Positions 9,709 to 21,535 are shown, counted from the stretch's first letter. The stretch: DNA of 60,000 nucleotides from Botryllus schlosseri (GCA_051294905.1 CM119373.1:5086001-5146000); one strand, 5' to 3'. Program-made: numbers and translations. Notes: generated by a model not told the origin, from the letters alone.

Positions 9709-12700
9709 AAATGGATTCTAGCCTAAGCATACTATCCCTAAACGCCAATGGGCTTAACACCCACTGGTTCAAAGTTAAAAACTTCCTTAAAAAAGAAAAA
9801 AACTGGAATATAGTATGCTTTCAGGAGACTCACAGGGTAGATACAAATAAAATAGGAAAATGGACAGAAAAAAACGGATACCTATACTACCCAAACCATA
9901 TTAACACAGGACAAATTTGGACGGATACAGAAGAAGGGAAAAAACTCTATTATAGAGGAACGAGTATAGTTATTAAAAAAGAAATAGAAACCAAATTCGG
10001 AATTGATCACCAGATTATAAAAGAACATAGGGCCCAAGCGCTAAAACTTACGCATAAAGAAACGAACGAAAACACCTCTGTATATAATATATACGGACCA
10101 AGCGATGTTGGAAGACACCAAACAACATTCTATAATGAAATAATATCGGAACTTGAAAAACACCCAGACACCACAATAGTCTGCGGTGACTTTAACATAG
10201 TCACCGCAAAAATAGACTCGAAAAACATCCAGAACTTTAAGCTAACACCCGCGGCCAAAATCTGGAAGTCCTTTACGGAAATTTATAAAATCAGGGACGC
10301 ATGGCGTTGGCGAAACCCAACAAAAAAACTATATACGATCATGAAGACAAGACAATCGAGGCGCATAGACAGGATCTACGTCTCAGAAAGACTCCTAACG
10401 AGAGTCAAAAGAATAACATACCAACTTAACACCATCTCGGACCACATCTTTCTTCAAAAAATAACAATAGAAGAGTCGGCAAACAACATAAAATGGGGTA
10501 ATGGAACCTGGAAAAGTGATCCCAGGCATTACTCCAATGAAGAGCTCTACAAAGAAATAGAAGAGGTCCACCTAAAATGTACAGAAAGAAAACCAATGTA
10601 CAATGATGTATACGAATGGTGGGATTACCTTAAAAGAGAAATTAAAAAGCTGCTAAAACATCACAGCTGGACCAAAAGGGTCGAAACCAACCAAAAAACA
10701 GAAGCATTGAGAGAGGAAATAGGTCGAATCCAAAACGACCCAAACACGGACGAGGACCCCTTCGAAGCCATCAAACAAATAAAGAGGCTCGAAGATGACG
10801 AGACTAGACATCAAGCCCAGCTCTACAAAATAAAAGATCTAGAAGAGGGCGAACGACCAACTAAATACTTTTTTCAAAAAATAGAGCAAAGAAAAGAGAG
10901 AAAAGTACTTAATAGTGTGGTCAATGAAAATGATATGGAAATAACCACCAAAGAAGAGGTTATTAAAACTGTAGAGGATTATTACACAAAACTGTGGAAT
11001 AAAACCGAATACACTAACACAGGCCTCCAGGAAAAGTACCTTGAACAAGTGGAAGGGATAGAAATATCCCAAGAGCAAAGAATAGACTTGGAAACCCAAA
11101 TAACCGAAGAAGAAATAAAAGCAATAATACAGAAGATGGAAGGTGGCAAGACTCCCGGGTCGGATGGCCTACCCAGAGAGTTCTATGCCACCTTCTGGAA
11201 AGTGATTAAAAAAGACCTCCTAGACGTAATCAACAACGCGTATATATTTGGAGGCATATGCGAAACGTGGGCGGATGGGATATCCACGATAATATATAAA
11301 AAAGGTAACCCCGCAAACCTCAATAACTGGAGGCCCATCACATTACTTAACACTGATTATAAAATCCTAATGGCAATTATATCAGCCAGACTAAAAGGAA
11401 TATTACCTGACGTGATACTCAATACACAAAAATGCGGCATAAAGGGTAGAAAGATCACTGATGTACTCAGAAACACCCAAGCCGCGGTGGACTACGCAAA
11501 AGAACGAGGCAAACAGCTATTCCTGGTCAATTTTGACCAGGAAAAAGCCTTTGATAAAATAAATCATGAATATATGTATAGAATTTTGGAGGGATACCGC
11601 CTCCCTGGGAACATCATTAACCTAATAAAAAAACTATACAGCACTTCAAACAGCAGAATACTCGTTAACGGAGCCCTTACGGGAAAAATACATCTAAAAA
11701 GAGGAATAAGGCAGGGGTGTCCGCTAAGTATGGCGCTATACGCCATCTGCAGCGATCCCCTAGCCCGAAAAATTGAAAATAACCGAAACATCCAGGCTTT
11801 TAGACTGGGAAAGAGCACGATCAGGTTACAGCAGTACGCTGATGACCTGACCTGCTACCTCACCCAAGAAAAAGACGTCGAAATGATATTCCAAGAATTC
11901 GAACGATACGCAAGAGCGACAGGACAAAAATTGAACGCCAATAAAACTGAAATCCTACACATCCCACCGAGACGCGGTACCCTAACCAATAGATTCCAAT
12001 ACAAACACCTAATAAAACCAAGTATTAAAATACTCGGTCAAATATATGGTGTAAATCAAGAAAGAGAAACATGGGATATACGCACTATGAAAATAAAGCG
12101 AATTCTCAATGCTTATAAACAAAGACGATTATCCTGGGTGGGGAAGAAAACAATCCTCAACTCCATGGCGTCCAGCCTCATCATATATAATGCCAGAGTA
12201 ATTGAGATGCCAAAAAAATATCAAAAACAAATAGAAAAGATGTATTTTAATTTTATCTGGAATCCGGAAAAAATGGAATCAATATCGAGGAAAACATTAA
12301 TAGCGGAGAAAGAACGAGGCGGATTTGAAATACCCGATGTCGAATCTAAAATAAAAGCCTGCGAAGTAGAGAAAATACTCGAATTGAAGAAAATAGAAAA
12401 ACCGAATGAAATATGGCACCAATATGCGATATACGAAATCGGGACAAGAATAAAACAAATAAACGAGCGACTGTATAAAAATACGGAACCTCACAAATAC
12501 CCTGTCCCCCGAAAATGGATTGACAGTATCGAACTTAGTAAGAAAATAGAATTCGATGAAGAGGAGTGGCAGGAAGCTACGCATAAAAGCTTATATAAAG
12601 CAATAAAATGTCTAAAAGAAAACAGACCAACTATAAAAACGGAAGAAGGGAAAGATATAAACTGGAAGAAGATCATCCAAACACAATATCAAGCCCAAAA

Positions 12701-13166
12701 AACTATTACGAATCAAGAACTTATCATAAATTTCAAAACTGCACACAACGCGTACATTTTCGGCAATAAAAAACGCAGCCGAAACATAACCCACACAACA
12801 ACCGGGAAAGCGCTAGACCTAAAGTGCAAATTTTGTAACGCGGATAATGACGACGCAAAGCACATCCTGACGTCATGCAGATATGCAAAAAAAATCATAA
12901 CCCACCTAGAGAAGATAATTGGGAGGAGTATAAGTACCAACAATATACTCTTCAACATCGGAAATCGAAAAATGGACTGGACAATCCTGTCCATCTACAA
13001 AAAAAGCATCATCAACTTCAAAATATCACTTGATATTGAAAATAGAAAAGTTGCGGATGAAAATATAACAAAAAAGATAATAAACAAAATCAAAAGAAGA
13101 GTCAGCCGTATAACAGCTGACACACACACAAACTATATACTTGACAACATAGACAAATTGACTTAA
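9705..13166 (+). CDS. B1 ORF2 (1153 aa), AP endonuclease + reverse transcriptase + CCHC domain
   Basis: Motifs SLNANG, CFQETH, GDFN, RIDRIY, ISDH; KTPGSDG, NWRPITLLN, DQEKAFD, GIRQGCPLS, QYADD; CKFC...HILTSC. Overlaps the ORF1 stop as ATGA. Confidence 0.96.
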   Translation: MKMDSSLSILSLNANGLNTHWFKVKNFLKKEKNWNIVCFQETHRVDTNKIGKWTEKNGYLYYPNHINTGQIWTDTEEGKKLYYRGTSIVIKKEIETKFGIDHQIIKEHRAQALKLTHKETNENTSVYNIYGPSDVGRHQTTFYNEIISELEKHPDTTIVCGDFNIVTAKIDSKNIQNFKLTPAAKIWKSFTEIYKIRDAWRWRNPTKKLYTIMKTRQSRRIDRIYVSERLLTRVKRITYQLNTISDHIFLQKITIEESANNIKWGNGTWKSDPRHYSNEELYKEIEEVHLKCTERKPMYNDVYEWWDYLKREIKKLLKHHSWTKRVETNQKTEALREEIGRIQNDPNTDEDPFEAIKQIKRLEDDETRHQAQLYKIKDLEEGERPTKYFFQKIEQRKERKVLNSVVNENDMEITTKEEVIKTVEDYYTKLWNKTEYTNTGLQEKYLEQVEGIEISQEQRIDLETQITEEEIKAIIQKMEGGKTPGSDGLPREFYATFWKVIKKDLLDVINNAYIFGGICETWADGISTIIYKKGNPANLNNWRPITLLNTDYKILMAIISARLKGILPDVILNTQKCGIKGRKITDVLRNTQAAVDYAKERGKQLFLVNFDQEKAFDKINHEYMYRILEGYRLPGNIINLIKKLYSTSNSRILVNGALTGKIHLKRGIRQGCPLSMALYAICSDPLARKIENNRNIQAFRLGKSTIRLQQYADDLTCYLTQEKDVEMIFQEFERYARATGQKLNANKTEILHIPPRRGTLTNRFQYKHLIKPSIKILGQIYGVNQERETWDIRTMKIKRILNAYKQRRLSWVGKKTILNSMASSLIIYNARVIEMPKKYQKQIEKMYFNFIWNPEKMESISRKTLIAEKERGGFEIPDVESKIKACEVEKILELKKIEKPNEIWHQYAIYEIGTRIKQINERLYKNTEPHKYPVPRKWIDSIELSKKIEFDEEEWQEATHKSLYKAIKCLKENRPTIKTEEGKDINWKKIIQTQYQAQKTITNQELIINFKTAHNAYIFGNKKRSRNITHTTTGKALDLKCKFCNADNDDAKHILTSCRYAKKIITHLEKIIGRSISTNNILFNIGNRKMDWTILSIYKKSIINFKISLDIENRKVADENITKKIINKIKRRVSRITADTHTNYILDNIDKLT

Positions 13167-14239
13167 AACACAAAAACAAGACAAAAAATGAGAACGAAAC
13201 ATAAATCACCCCCCCAACGGGAGCCCAAACGCAAGTTTGGCCAACTCAACGGAAACTAAAGAGATAAAAACAACAAAAATCTCTTCAGGAGAGTGGGGAG
13301 GCGACGACAAAGAACCCCCCAACTGCACGCAACCAGCGGTTGGCCTTCGCTCCACCAACGGAAATACGGAAATATCAAAAATCGGATAAATTGGAGTAGT
13401 TGGTTGTACTAAGGTACACACCCTCTACTCCAGTAAGAAGAATAAACACATGAGTGAAAACATAAGAAGAAACCGTTAAAAGTTATGTTCAAATGTACCA
13501 GTTTAAAAACCTTTAAGTTAGAAAAATCAAAAATCAAAAATAAATAAAATGTGTAATAAAGACCCCGGCGGGAGGTAGCCCTAGTCTCAGAGAGGGCTGC
13601 CAAACGCCGGCGGATACGGAGAGCCGTATAAAAATAAAAAAAAAAATACCTCTATGGAGCGGACACTTTTTATAAATTCTGAAAGCTCCAAGAAATTGGA
13701 GTATTTGGTTGTTATAAGGTTCGCGTAAGTATTAACGGCTTGTTTCAGATTTAAAGACCCGTCGATTGAGCCGCTGCGGCCACTGTAGCTAAACTACCGT
13801 AAAACTTATTTATATTGTACCGTACTACTGCCGTACCTAGGATAGAACGTCTTCTTAGGCTACTTCTACTTTACTTCTTTTCTCTCTCTTTGCCGGCGAC
13901 GAACTTCGAGTCTCCTTTAGACTCAACTCTCTTCAGGTCTTGACTCTCCCTCTCGAGTCAAGACTTGTCGAGCTCTCCCTCTCCTAGTCTTGGCTCTCTC
14001 TCTCGAGCCAAGTCTAGGAGAGTCTGACTTCACTCTAGCGCCTCTCTCTAGAGACGTCGAGAGACTGCCTTCTTAACCTCGAGTGAACTCGCCTGACGTC
14101 AGCCGTCTGGCGAGTATCGTTCGATCTTACCGTGCCTCTTGAGCGAGCAGCCTACGCCCATCGAGACGTTAGTATCGATTTCGCGAGCGTCTGGAAACGC
14201 CTTGCCTTGCGTTCGATAGATAGACAGAAAGACAGTAAG

Positions 14240-15502
14240 ATGGCTTATGCAAACGCATTAACAGGACAGGGAAATCATCAAATTACATACGGGAACAGGC
14301 CTAGATCACTGGACATAACAACGCCACTTGACTGCCAGACAACAGAAGTGATAGATGCTATCACCACTCACCCTGCACTCAAGGAATACAGTGAACACAT
14401 CGCTTCTATCTTCCAAATCGGCAGAACAACGTTCAACATATCTTTTCACACACACCCACAGACAGAGACGATTCGCGAAGAGTTCCTCGAGAAAACAATC
14501 ACGGGAATCAACCTCGCAAACGGTACGATGTACGTTAGAAAGCCCAGGCCACCGGCGGCACAAGTCAACATCAGAGCTGTGCCAACGGAGGTGGAAGAAC
14601 GCGAAATCAGAAACAAAATCGCACAATACAACTGCGGCACGGTCCGTGACATCAAACTGATATATCACAGGGGCACTAACCTGCAAAATGGGTACAGGCA
14701 AATCAGTATGGAAGATTACATACCGGGAAGACTCCCGTCTTTTATTTACCTAGGGCAAGCACCCTGTAAAGTATATACACCTAACGACGAAGGAAACGAG
14801 ACGTGTTTCAAGTGCCTGCAGAGAGGACACACGGCAAGTCAATGTCCAAACACAACAGTCTGTTTCCTTTGCAAACAAACAGGGCATCGTCGACACGAGT
14901 GTCCAAACAAAAAAGAACAACAAACAGTCACAAATCAGAGGAAAACACTGAAGGTAGATGAACACATCACACAAACAGATATGGAAGTCTTAGATGAACC
15001 TGAACCCGAACAAAACAACGAAGAACAGAGCCCAACCCCTGCACCAAGTGAGGCAGATGTTGAGGAGACAGAGAATGAGGAAACAGAAGGAGAGGAAGAA
15101 AAAGATGATAATGAAGAAGAGGAACCAGTAGTAGACTTCTTTAACCTAGAGGAAAACTCGCAAGCACCAAGTGAACTCGACGAAACGATCATTCCAGGTT
15201 CACAACAAGAAAGTGAAGCTGGAGATCTACAAATAGACACAAGTGGAGACGAAAGTCAAACACAGCTAGATAACGGCCAAGGCAGCAAAAAGCCAAAACA
15301 CACCTTGAACAAAGACAGGAATAGCCAAACGTCGATCCTTCGACAAAGATTTGAAGTTAGTCGTTTCACGGAACAGGAATTCTTTAGTGCAGCACAACGC
15401 TCACCAAATAAAAGAAGCGCCGAAACACGGAGCCCAACTTTGCCAACGTCTAGCAAAAGCAGACGTAAGCTGGCGAAGCCAAGCCCGGACAAAAAAAAAT
15501 AG
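14240..15502 (+). CDS. B2 ORF1, zinc-knuckle protein
   Basis: The MAYANA start aligns with B1 ORF1; two CCHC knuckles; open frame. Confidence 0.88.
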   Translation: MAYANALTGQGNHQITYGNRPRSLDITTPLDCQTTEVIDAITTHPALKEYSEHIASIFQIGRTTFNISFHTHPQTETIREEFLEKTITGINLANGTMYVRKPRPPAAQVNIRAVPTEVEEREIRNKIAQYNCGTVRDIKLIYHRGTNLQNGYRQISMEDYIPGRLPSFIYLGQAPCKVYTPNDEGNETCFKCLQRGHTASQCPNTTVCFLCKQTGHRRHECPNKKEQQTVTNQRKTLKVDEHITQTDMEVLDEPEPEQNNEEQSPTPAPSEADVEETENEETEGEEEKDDNEEEEPVVDFFNLEENSQAPSELDETIIPGSQQESEAGDLQIDTSGDESQTQLDNGQGSKKPKHTLNKDRNSQTSILRQRFEVSRFTEQEFFSAAQRSPNKRSAETRSPTLPTSSKSRRKLAKPSPDKKK

Positions 15503-15539
15503 AAAACCGAAATAGTAACCCAGCCCCCTCCGCTATCCA

Positions 15540-18500
15540 ATGGCTCTCGATATCATCTCTCTCAACATAAACGGGCTTAACGCTCATTTTTACAAGCTCA
15601 AATGTTTCTTAAAAAATAACAAAAGATGTAATATCCTTTGCATCCAAGAAACTCATAGGGGGGATAAAAAAAGAATAAACAACTGGGCCCAACAGAATAA
15701 CTGGACATACATCCCAAACCACATCGATAACGGACAGCATTGGACAGACAAAATAGGGAATAAAAAACACTACTACCAGGGAACTGCGATGCTCGTAAAA
15801 AAGGAATTAGAGATCAACCATACCATAGAGAATACCACCATAATAGAAGATCGAATACAAATGATTAAATTAACCAACAAAGAGGACGACCAGCCAAAAT
15901 ACATATACAATGTATATGGGCCGCCTGATGTGGGGAGGAATCAAACGGACGTCTTCAAGATACTAACACAGCGCATCGAACCCCACGCAGACAGCGCCAT
16001 AATTTGCGGCGACTTTAACATATTAACTACACTGTAAAAAATCTGGTAGATTTACTGAGAAATCTCTGTAAATTTTACAACGAATTATCGGTCGCAGCCA
16101 ATAACTGTGCGTAGCTTGTAATTATATATTTTGATATGTAATATTACCTTATTTTAGCTGTGAAGTCAAGTTTCAAGAATATCTTCGCAAAATTACTGAC
16201 AGTTACTCGTAACAGCAGTTTACCAGGCTATTGGGAAGATTGATTAGCTTCATAATCGCTGCAGCCAATATATACGTGGAACTGAATGTTACTGATATAT
16301 CATTCTCGGGGTGATTTAACCTGATTCAACCTCGTTCGCAAAACTGGGGCGTGTCGTACGGAAATTGTTGGCCCCAGTACCAATTTCAGTATAGTACATA
16401 GTAGGGTACAAGAAACAACTGACAATCGTAGCTAATGTGGTTACACCATAGCCATTATATTATATTATAAGGCTGTGGCTATACGGCCGTTCTCGCTGGT
16501 TACATTCGTTGTTACGGATAGGGCTGATAAGTTAGAAAATCAGTTTAGGATGTTTAATATTGTTCGGGAAACTAGAAATATCAGCACCTCATGCTCAGTT
16601 GACCATTTGTTATGGCGGACAAGGCGACCTGTAACACCCGTTGCTTCGTAGTAAACAACCAACGCACAACTGTGACATCACAAGCAGCGTCTCGTTAAGT
16701 AAGTACAGTAAGTAGTGAACAACACTTGGGCTAAATATCAATTTATACGAAATTAGATGGAAAAGAAAGGGACTATATGTAATGGTAAATGTTTCTGTAT
16801 GAGAAAGAAATGACCTAAGTCAAATATTATAACGTGGCCAGTAAATATTATTGATGGCATGTCAGCGGATGAATACCCCTTATTTCGAAATCGTTCGAGT
16901 GTCGTATCGTCGTCTGGCCATTATTGAGATTTGAGCAAAGGGTGGAGCGAAGCTTGTTGTTCTTGATTAAAGTGGACACGATCGTGGAAGATTCCTAGGA
17001 ACGCTGAATGGGATACGCATCGTAAAAGGTACAGTAGGCTACTACATAGTATTTGTTACCGTGAATATCTGCGACTGTGCAGTGTGCACACCACTTTGAT
17101 TTCATGATTGGAATATTTCATTCGCCGCATTCTCTGTTCTATTTTGGGATATAAGTCGACTTATATAGTGAACTGTGACACCACATACTCCGCCGCGGAG
17201 TTGAAACTGTTGGCTTGTTTATGTAATTTTGGGGCCATAGCATAGAGATTTTTTTATCCACTGCTGGATTTGTTAGGCAGGCCTCAAATGAGGAACCTTT
17301 GGCTTCAGTACATTAGATAAAGTTAGTCATGAATCTCTGCTATATCATGTACAAGGCGGAGCCTTCATCACACAATGTACCAGTACCGGTACTTCAAAAC
17401 ATGTTGTATTTTTTTAGCCTATTTGTCTCAAGTCTTTATAATGTCATGTCTAGGTTAGGAACTTTGCTTTATATAGTGACTTACTCATGAATTCTTTTTA
17501 GTGGAACTGCAAGATACTAGGTACACAGAAGTAATGAGGACGAGAAAAAGAAACAACGGGAAGTTTGGCCGGTGGTGGAATTAATTCACCTTTTCTTGAG
17601 ACCACTCGTGTTACTGCATGTCTCCTAAAGAAGAATTAGACCTCCAGCAGCAATACTTTCCCATCGATAACCACTTCATCGTGATATCATGAATGAATAT
17701 ACAGTTTGTTCCAATGTCATTTTGGGAATGTGAAGAAAATTTTGCGATATTTTAGCATCGGGTTGCTTTTCGATAGGTATGGATGTACACGTGAATTTAC
17801 AAGGCGGTATGTAATCATGATTTACAGGGACAGCATGTAGGTAGGTAGGCGGTAAAATGACAGTATCGGTCGCAAATGTACAGGAGAACATGTAGATTGG
17901 ATATACCGGAGGTAACTGTAACATTACAGTCTGGCGTGTAAAGTGAGATTACTTGACGAGTGTAAGTGAAATTTACATTGACTAACGGTAATGTCAGATT
18001 ACCACGAAATGTCTGGCTACCGTGCTTCCAAACATTTCGCGGTAAATCGAGGTTTTTATTTTTTACAGTGTAACAGTCTGGACTCAAAAAACAACAGAAA
18101 TTTTCTGCTCACCCCAGCGGCGAAGACCTGGAAAGCATTCATAGAAACATATAAATTAAGAGACGTGTGGAGATGGAGGAATCCAAATAAAAAACTCTAC
18201 TCCGTAATCAAAACCTTCAATTCGAGAAGAGTCGACAGAATTTACATAGCAGAGAGATATCTCAGCCATGTGCAAACCTGCACATATAACATCAATACAC
18301 TAGCGGATCACGTGTACCTCCAAAAACTCAAACTGAGGGAACCCCAACAACAGCACTGGGGCAATGGGTATATGGGTAAGAACGACGCAAGATACTACAC
18401 TGATGAAAACCTACAGAAACAGATTATCGATTTACACAAAGAATGCATAGAAGAAAGACCACACTTCGAGACAATATACGAATGGTGGGATCACTTCAAA

Positions 18501-21031
18501 AAAAGAGCAAAAAAACATCTACAGCTCTATGCACGCCAAAAAAGAAAGGCGGAAATAAACAAGGAAAACAAACTACGTGACGAAATATCACGCTTACAAA
18601 GGGACAACAACAACGTCTCAGACGTAACAAACAAGATCAAAAAGCTGAAGCAGATGGAGGAGGACAAAATCCTCCACCAATGCCGGCTGAGCAAGGTCAA
18701 AGATATTGAAGAAGGCGAAAAGCCAACTAAATATTTTTACCAAAAACTGAAACAGAGGAAGGAGAGCAAAATAATTACAACTGTAGAGAACTCCTCCGGA
18801 AAGGAGACCACAAGCAGTACGGAGACTCTGCATGAAATAGAATTATTTTACCAAAAGCTGTGGGCAAAAACACAACAAGAAGATCACCGTGTACGAAAAG
18901 TTTACCTAAGTGCGATTGAAGGCGTTCACATCACACAGGAGGAAACAGAGGACCTGAACACAAAGATCCAAACCACGGAAATAAAAAACGCCCTTTTCGG
19001 CATGGACGGAAATAAAACCCCAGGCTCTGACGGCCTATCAAAGGAATTTTATACGTGCTTTTGGAACATAATCAAAAATGATCTATTAGAATTAACCAAT
19101 AACACATTCACCTTCGGAGGCCTTTGCGAAACCTGGAAAACCGGAATTACGATCATGATATATAAAAAAGGGCACCCGAAACACCTGAAGAACTGGCGAC
19201 CCATTCATTACTCTACTAAATACTGATTATAAAATGATAACATCCATATTGGCAAATAGACTCAAACCCATCTTACCGAATTTGATCAGTGACACCCAAA
19301 AATGTACAATAGTAAACAGAAGCATAATAGACATCCTTAGGAACACACAGGCCGTCATAGAGACAGCCAAGGAGAAAAATCAAGAACTCATAATCGCCAA
19401 CCTGGACCAGGAAAAGGCTTTTGATATGATCCATCATGAATACCTATATAAAATTATGGAGAAATATCGCCTACCTAAACATCTGATACGCTTGATCAAA
19501 AACATCTATAAATCAGCCAAGAGCAAAATCCTGGTAAACGGAGGATCAACAAATGCGATAAAAATTGAAAGGGGAATCCGCCAGCGGTGTCCACTCAGCA
19601 TGGCACTATACGCCATGAGCTGTGACCCCCTGGCAAGGAGAATACTGAAAAACGAGAAAATCGAGCCCTTCAGATTCGGGAAGAGCAGTATCAAAGTCCA
19701 GCAATACGCAGATGACATAACCGTATATCTGAGGAAGGAAGAACACCTGAAACATGTCATCAGCGAGTTTGAACGCTTCGAAAGAGCCACGGGGCAAAAA
19801 TTGAACAAGGACAAAACTGAGATACTGCACATAAATAGAAATAAATACCAAACCCGAAAACACCACTCCTTCGATACACAAAAAAAGAACACGATCAAAA
19901 TACTGGGACTACACTATGGTGCGAACCAATCCAACATCGTTTGGAACGAAAAACTATCCAAAATAAAACGGACGCTGTCCGCATATAGACAGCGGAAGCT
20001 CACCTGGATCGGGAAAAAAAACATCTTAAATTCCCTAGCATCAACCCAATTTGTATATAGTGCCAGGGTAATACACATGCCCAGGCGCATACAAAAAGCG
20101 ATCGAAAGAACCTACTTTAACTTTCTTTGGCACCCCGAAAAAATGGAAGCGATCTCTAGGAAAACTCTAATCGCGGACAAAAAAAAGGGGGGCCTTGAAA
20201 TACCGGACGTAGAATACAGAGCGATTACATGCCAACTCGAAAAAATAGCAACGCTCAAAAATTTAGAACAACCAACGGAATTTTGGCACAAACACGCCAT
20301 CTACCTGACTGGAACCAAAATGAAATCCATCAACCCAAAATTATATAATAACAGCGAACCGCACTTATATCCCATCCCAAAAGACTGGAAGGATATTCTA
20401 AAGCTCGCGGAAAACTTGAAATGGGACGATGAAGAATGGAAAGACTCTTCACATAAAACATTATATCTATCGGTCAAAAACTCCAAAGAAATTAGACCAG
20501 AAATCAAGACTCGGAGCGGAAAAGACGTAAATTATGAAAAAATCCTCCAAACGAAAATGAAAGGAGAAAAACTAATAACTAATGAAGAGATGATAATCAA
20601 TTATAGATCCGCGCTAGACGGATATATATTCGGGAACAAAAAATGGGGCAGAAACCTGCGTTTCGACAATTACAACAGGCCCCTGGACCTGAATTGTAAA
20701 TTTTGCGATTCGACCAACGATAACGTAGCCCACATAATTTGGGATTGCAAATTCATAAAGAAAACAATCAAAGAACTCGAAACAGCGTTAAAAACTAAAC
20801 TTTATGAAGACGCTATACTCTACAATGAAAACACAAAAAAAAACAGACTGGCTACTAATATCAATTATGAAAAAGGGTATAATTAAACACAAAATCGCAC
20901 TAGACGTCGAGAACGTAAAAGTCGGAAAAGAAAATTTGACCAAGAAAACACTGGAACACTGGGGAGGACCAAAAGGAGAATCGAGACCCAGCCAGCAACC
21001 CTGCTCCGGGCCGAAGCTATATCAAAAATAG
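15540..21031 (+). pseudogene. B2 ORF2 (APE-RT-CCHC), disrupted
   Basis: Fragments 15540-16029, 18073-19226, 19234-20886 and 20804-21031 are homologous to B1 ORF2; QQYADD present. Confidence 0.88.
16030..18070. mobile_element. Non-autonomous CACTA/EnSpm-like element
   Basis: Termini CACTGTAAAAAA / TTTTTACAGTG with a 2-bp TSD (TA). Removing it restores the in-frame GDFNILTNSLDS of ORF2. Confidence 0.85.
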
Positions 21032-21535
21032 AGCAATATTTGATAAACCACACATAATGCAATCTTTAAACAATAAACAATGACTGCTTTGGGTTCCAAA
21101 CGAAAGTTTGGTAAATCCGACAACGATCGACAGGGAAAAAGCGGGAAAAAGCCCTGCCGGGAAGGAGGGAGGGGCCGTTCAAAAACCCCCAGACCACGCG
21201 CCACCGGCGGGAAGCTTTTAACACATAAACGCAAATATACAACATCACACAACTCCAACCATTGGAGTAGTTGGTTGTACTAAGATACATGAACAACAAC
21301 CATGCAGCCAACCATTGGTGTAGCTGATTGCACCAAGATACCTGAACAATATGTTCAAAAAATAAGAGCAAATAAATAAGAAGAAACCGTTAAACTCCTA
21401 AGTTAGAAAATACAAATAATAAAAAAATAAACAAAAAATGTGTAATAAAGACCCCGGCGGGAGGTAGCCCTATTCTCAGAGAGGGCTGCCAAACGCCGGC
21501 GGATACGGAGAGCCGTATAAAAAAAAAATACCTCT

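Larger units (their letters stand above)
7764..13646 (+). mobile_element. Tx1/L1-clade retrotransposon copy B1, full length and intact
   Basis: SL-headed 5' UTR, two uninterrupted ORFs, structured 3' UTR and A-rich tail. The 14-bp direct repeat TACCTCTATGGAGC (7619-7632, 13647-13660) flanks U6+U1+B1. Confidence 0.95.
13695..21528 (+). mobile_element. Tx1/L1-clade retrotransposon copy B2 (full length, ORF2 disrupted)
   Basis: SL-like head at 13695-13718, hairpin array, ORF1, ORF2 with a CACTA insertion and frameshifts, poly(A). Flanked by TACCTCTATGG at 13647 and 21529. Confidence 0.92.

Noticed and set aside
13390..13413. GGAGTAGTTGGTTGTA resembles let-7 miRNA (TGAGGTAGTAGGTTGTATAGTT)
   Set aside because: The seed does not match and there is no pre-miRNA hairpin. 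The motif matches the 24-nt SL at 22/24 positions and ends in AAG|GT.
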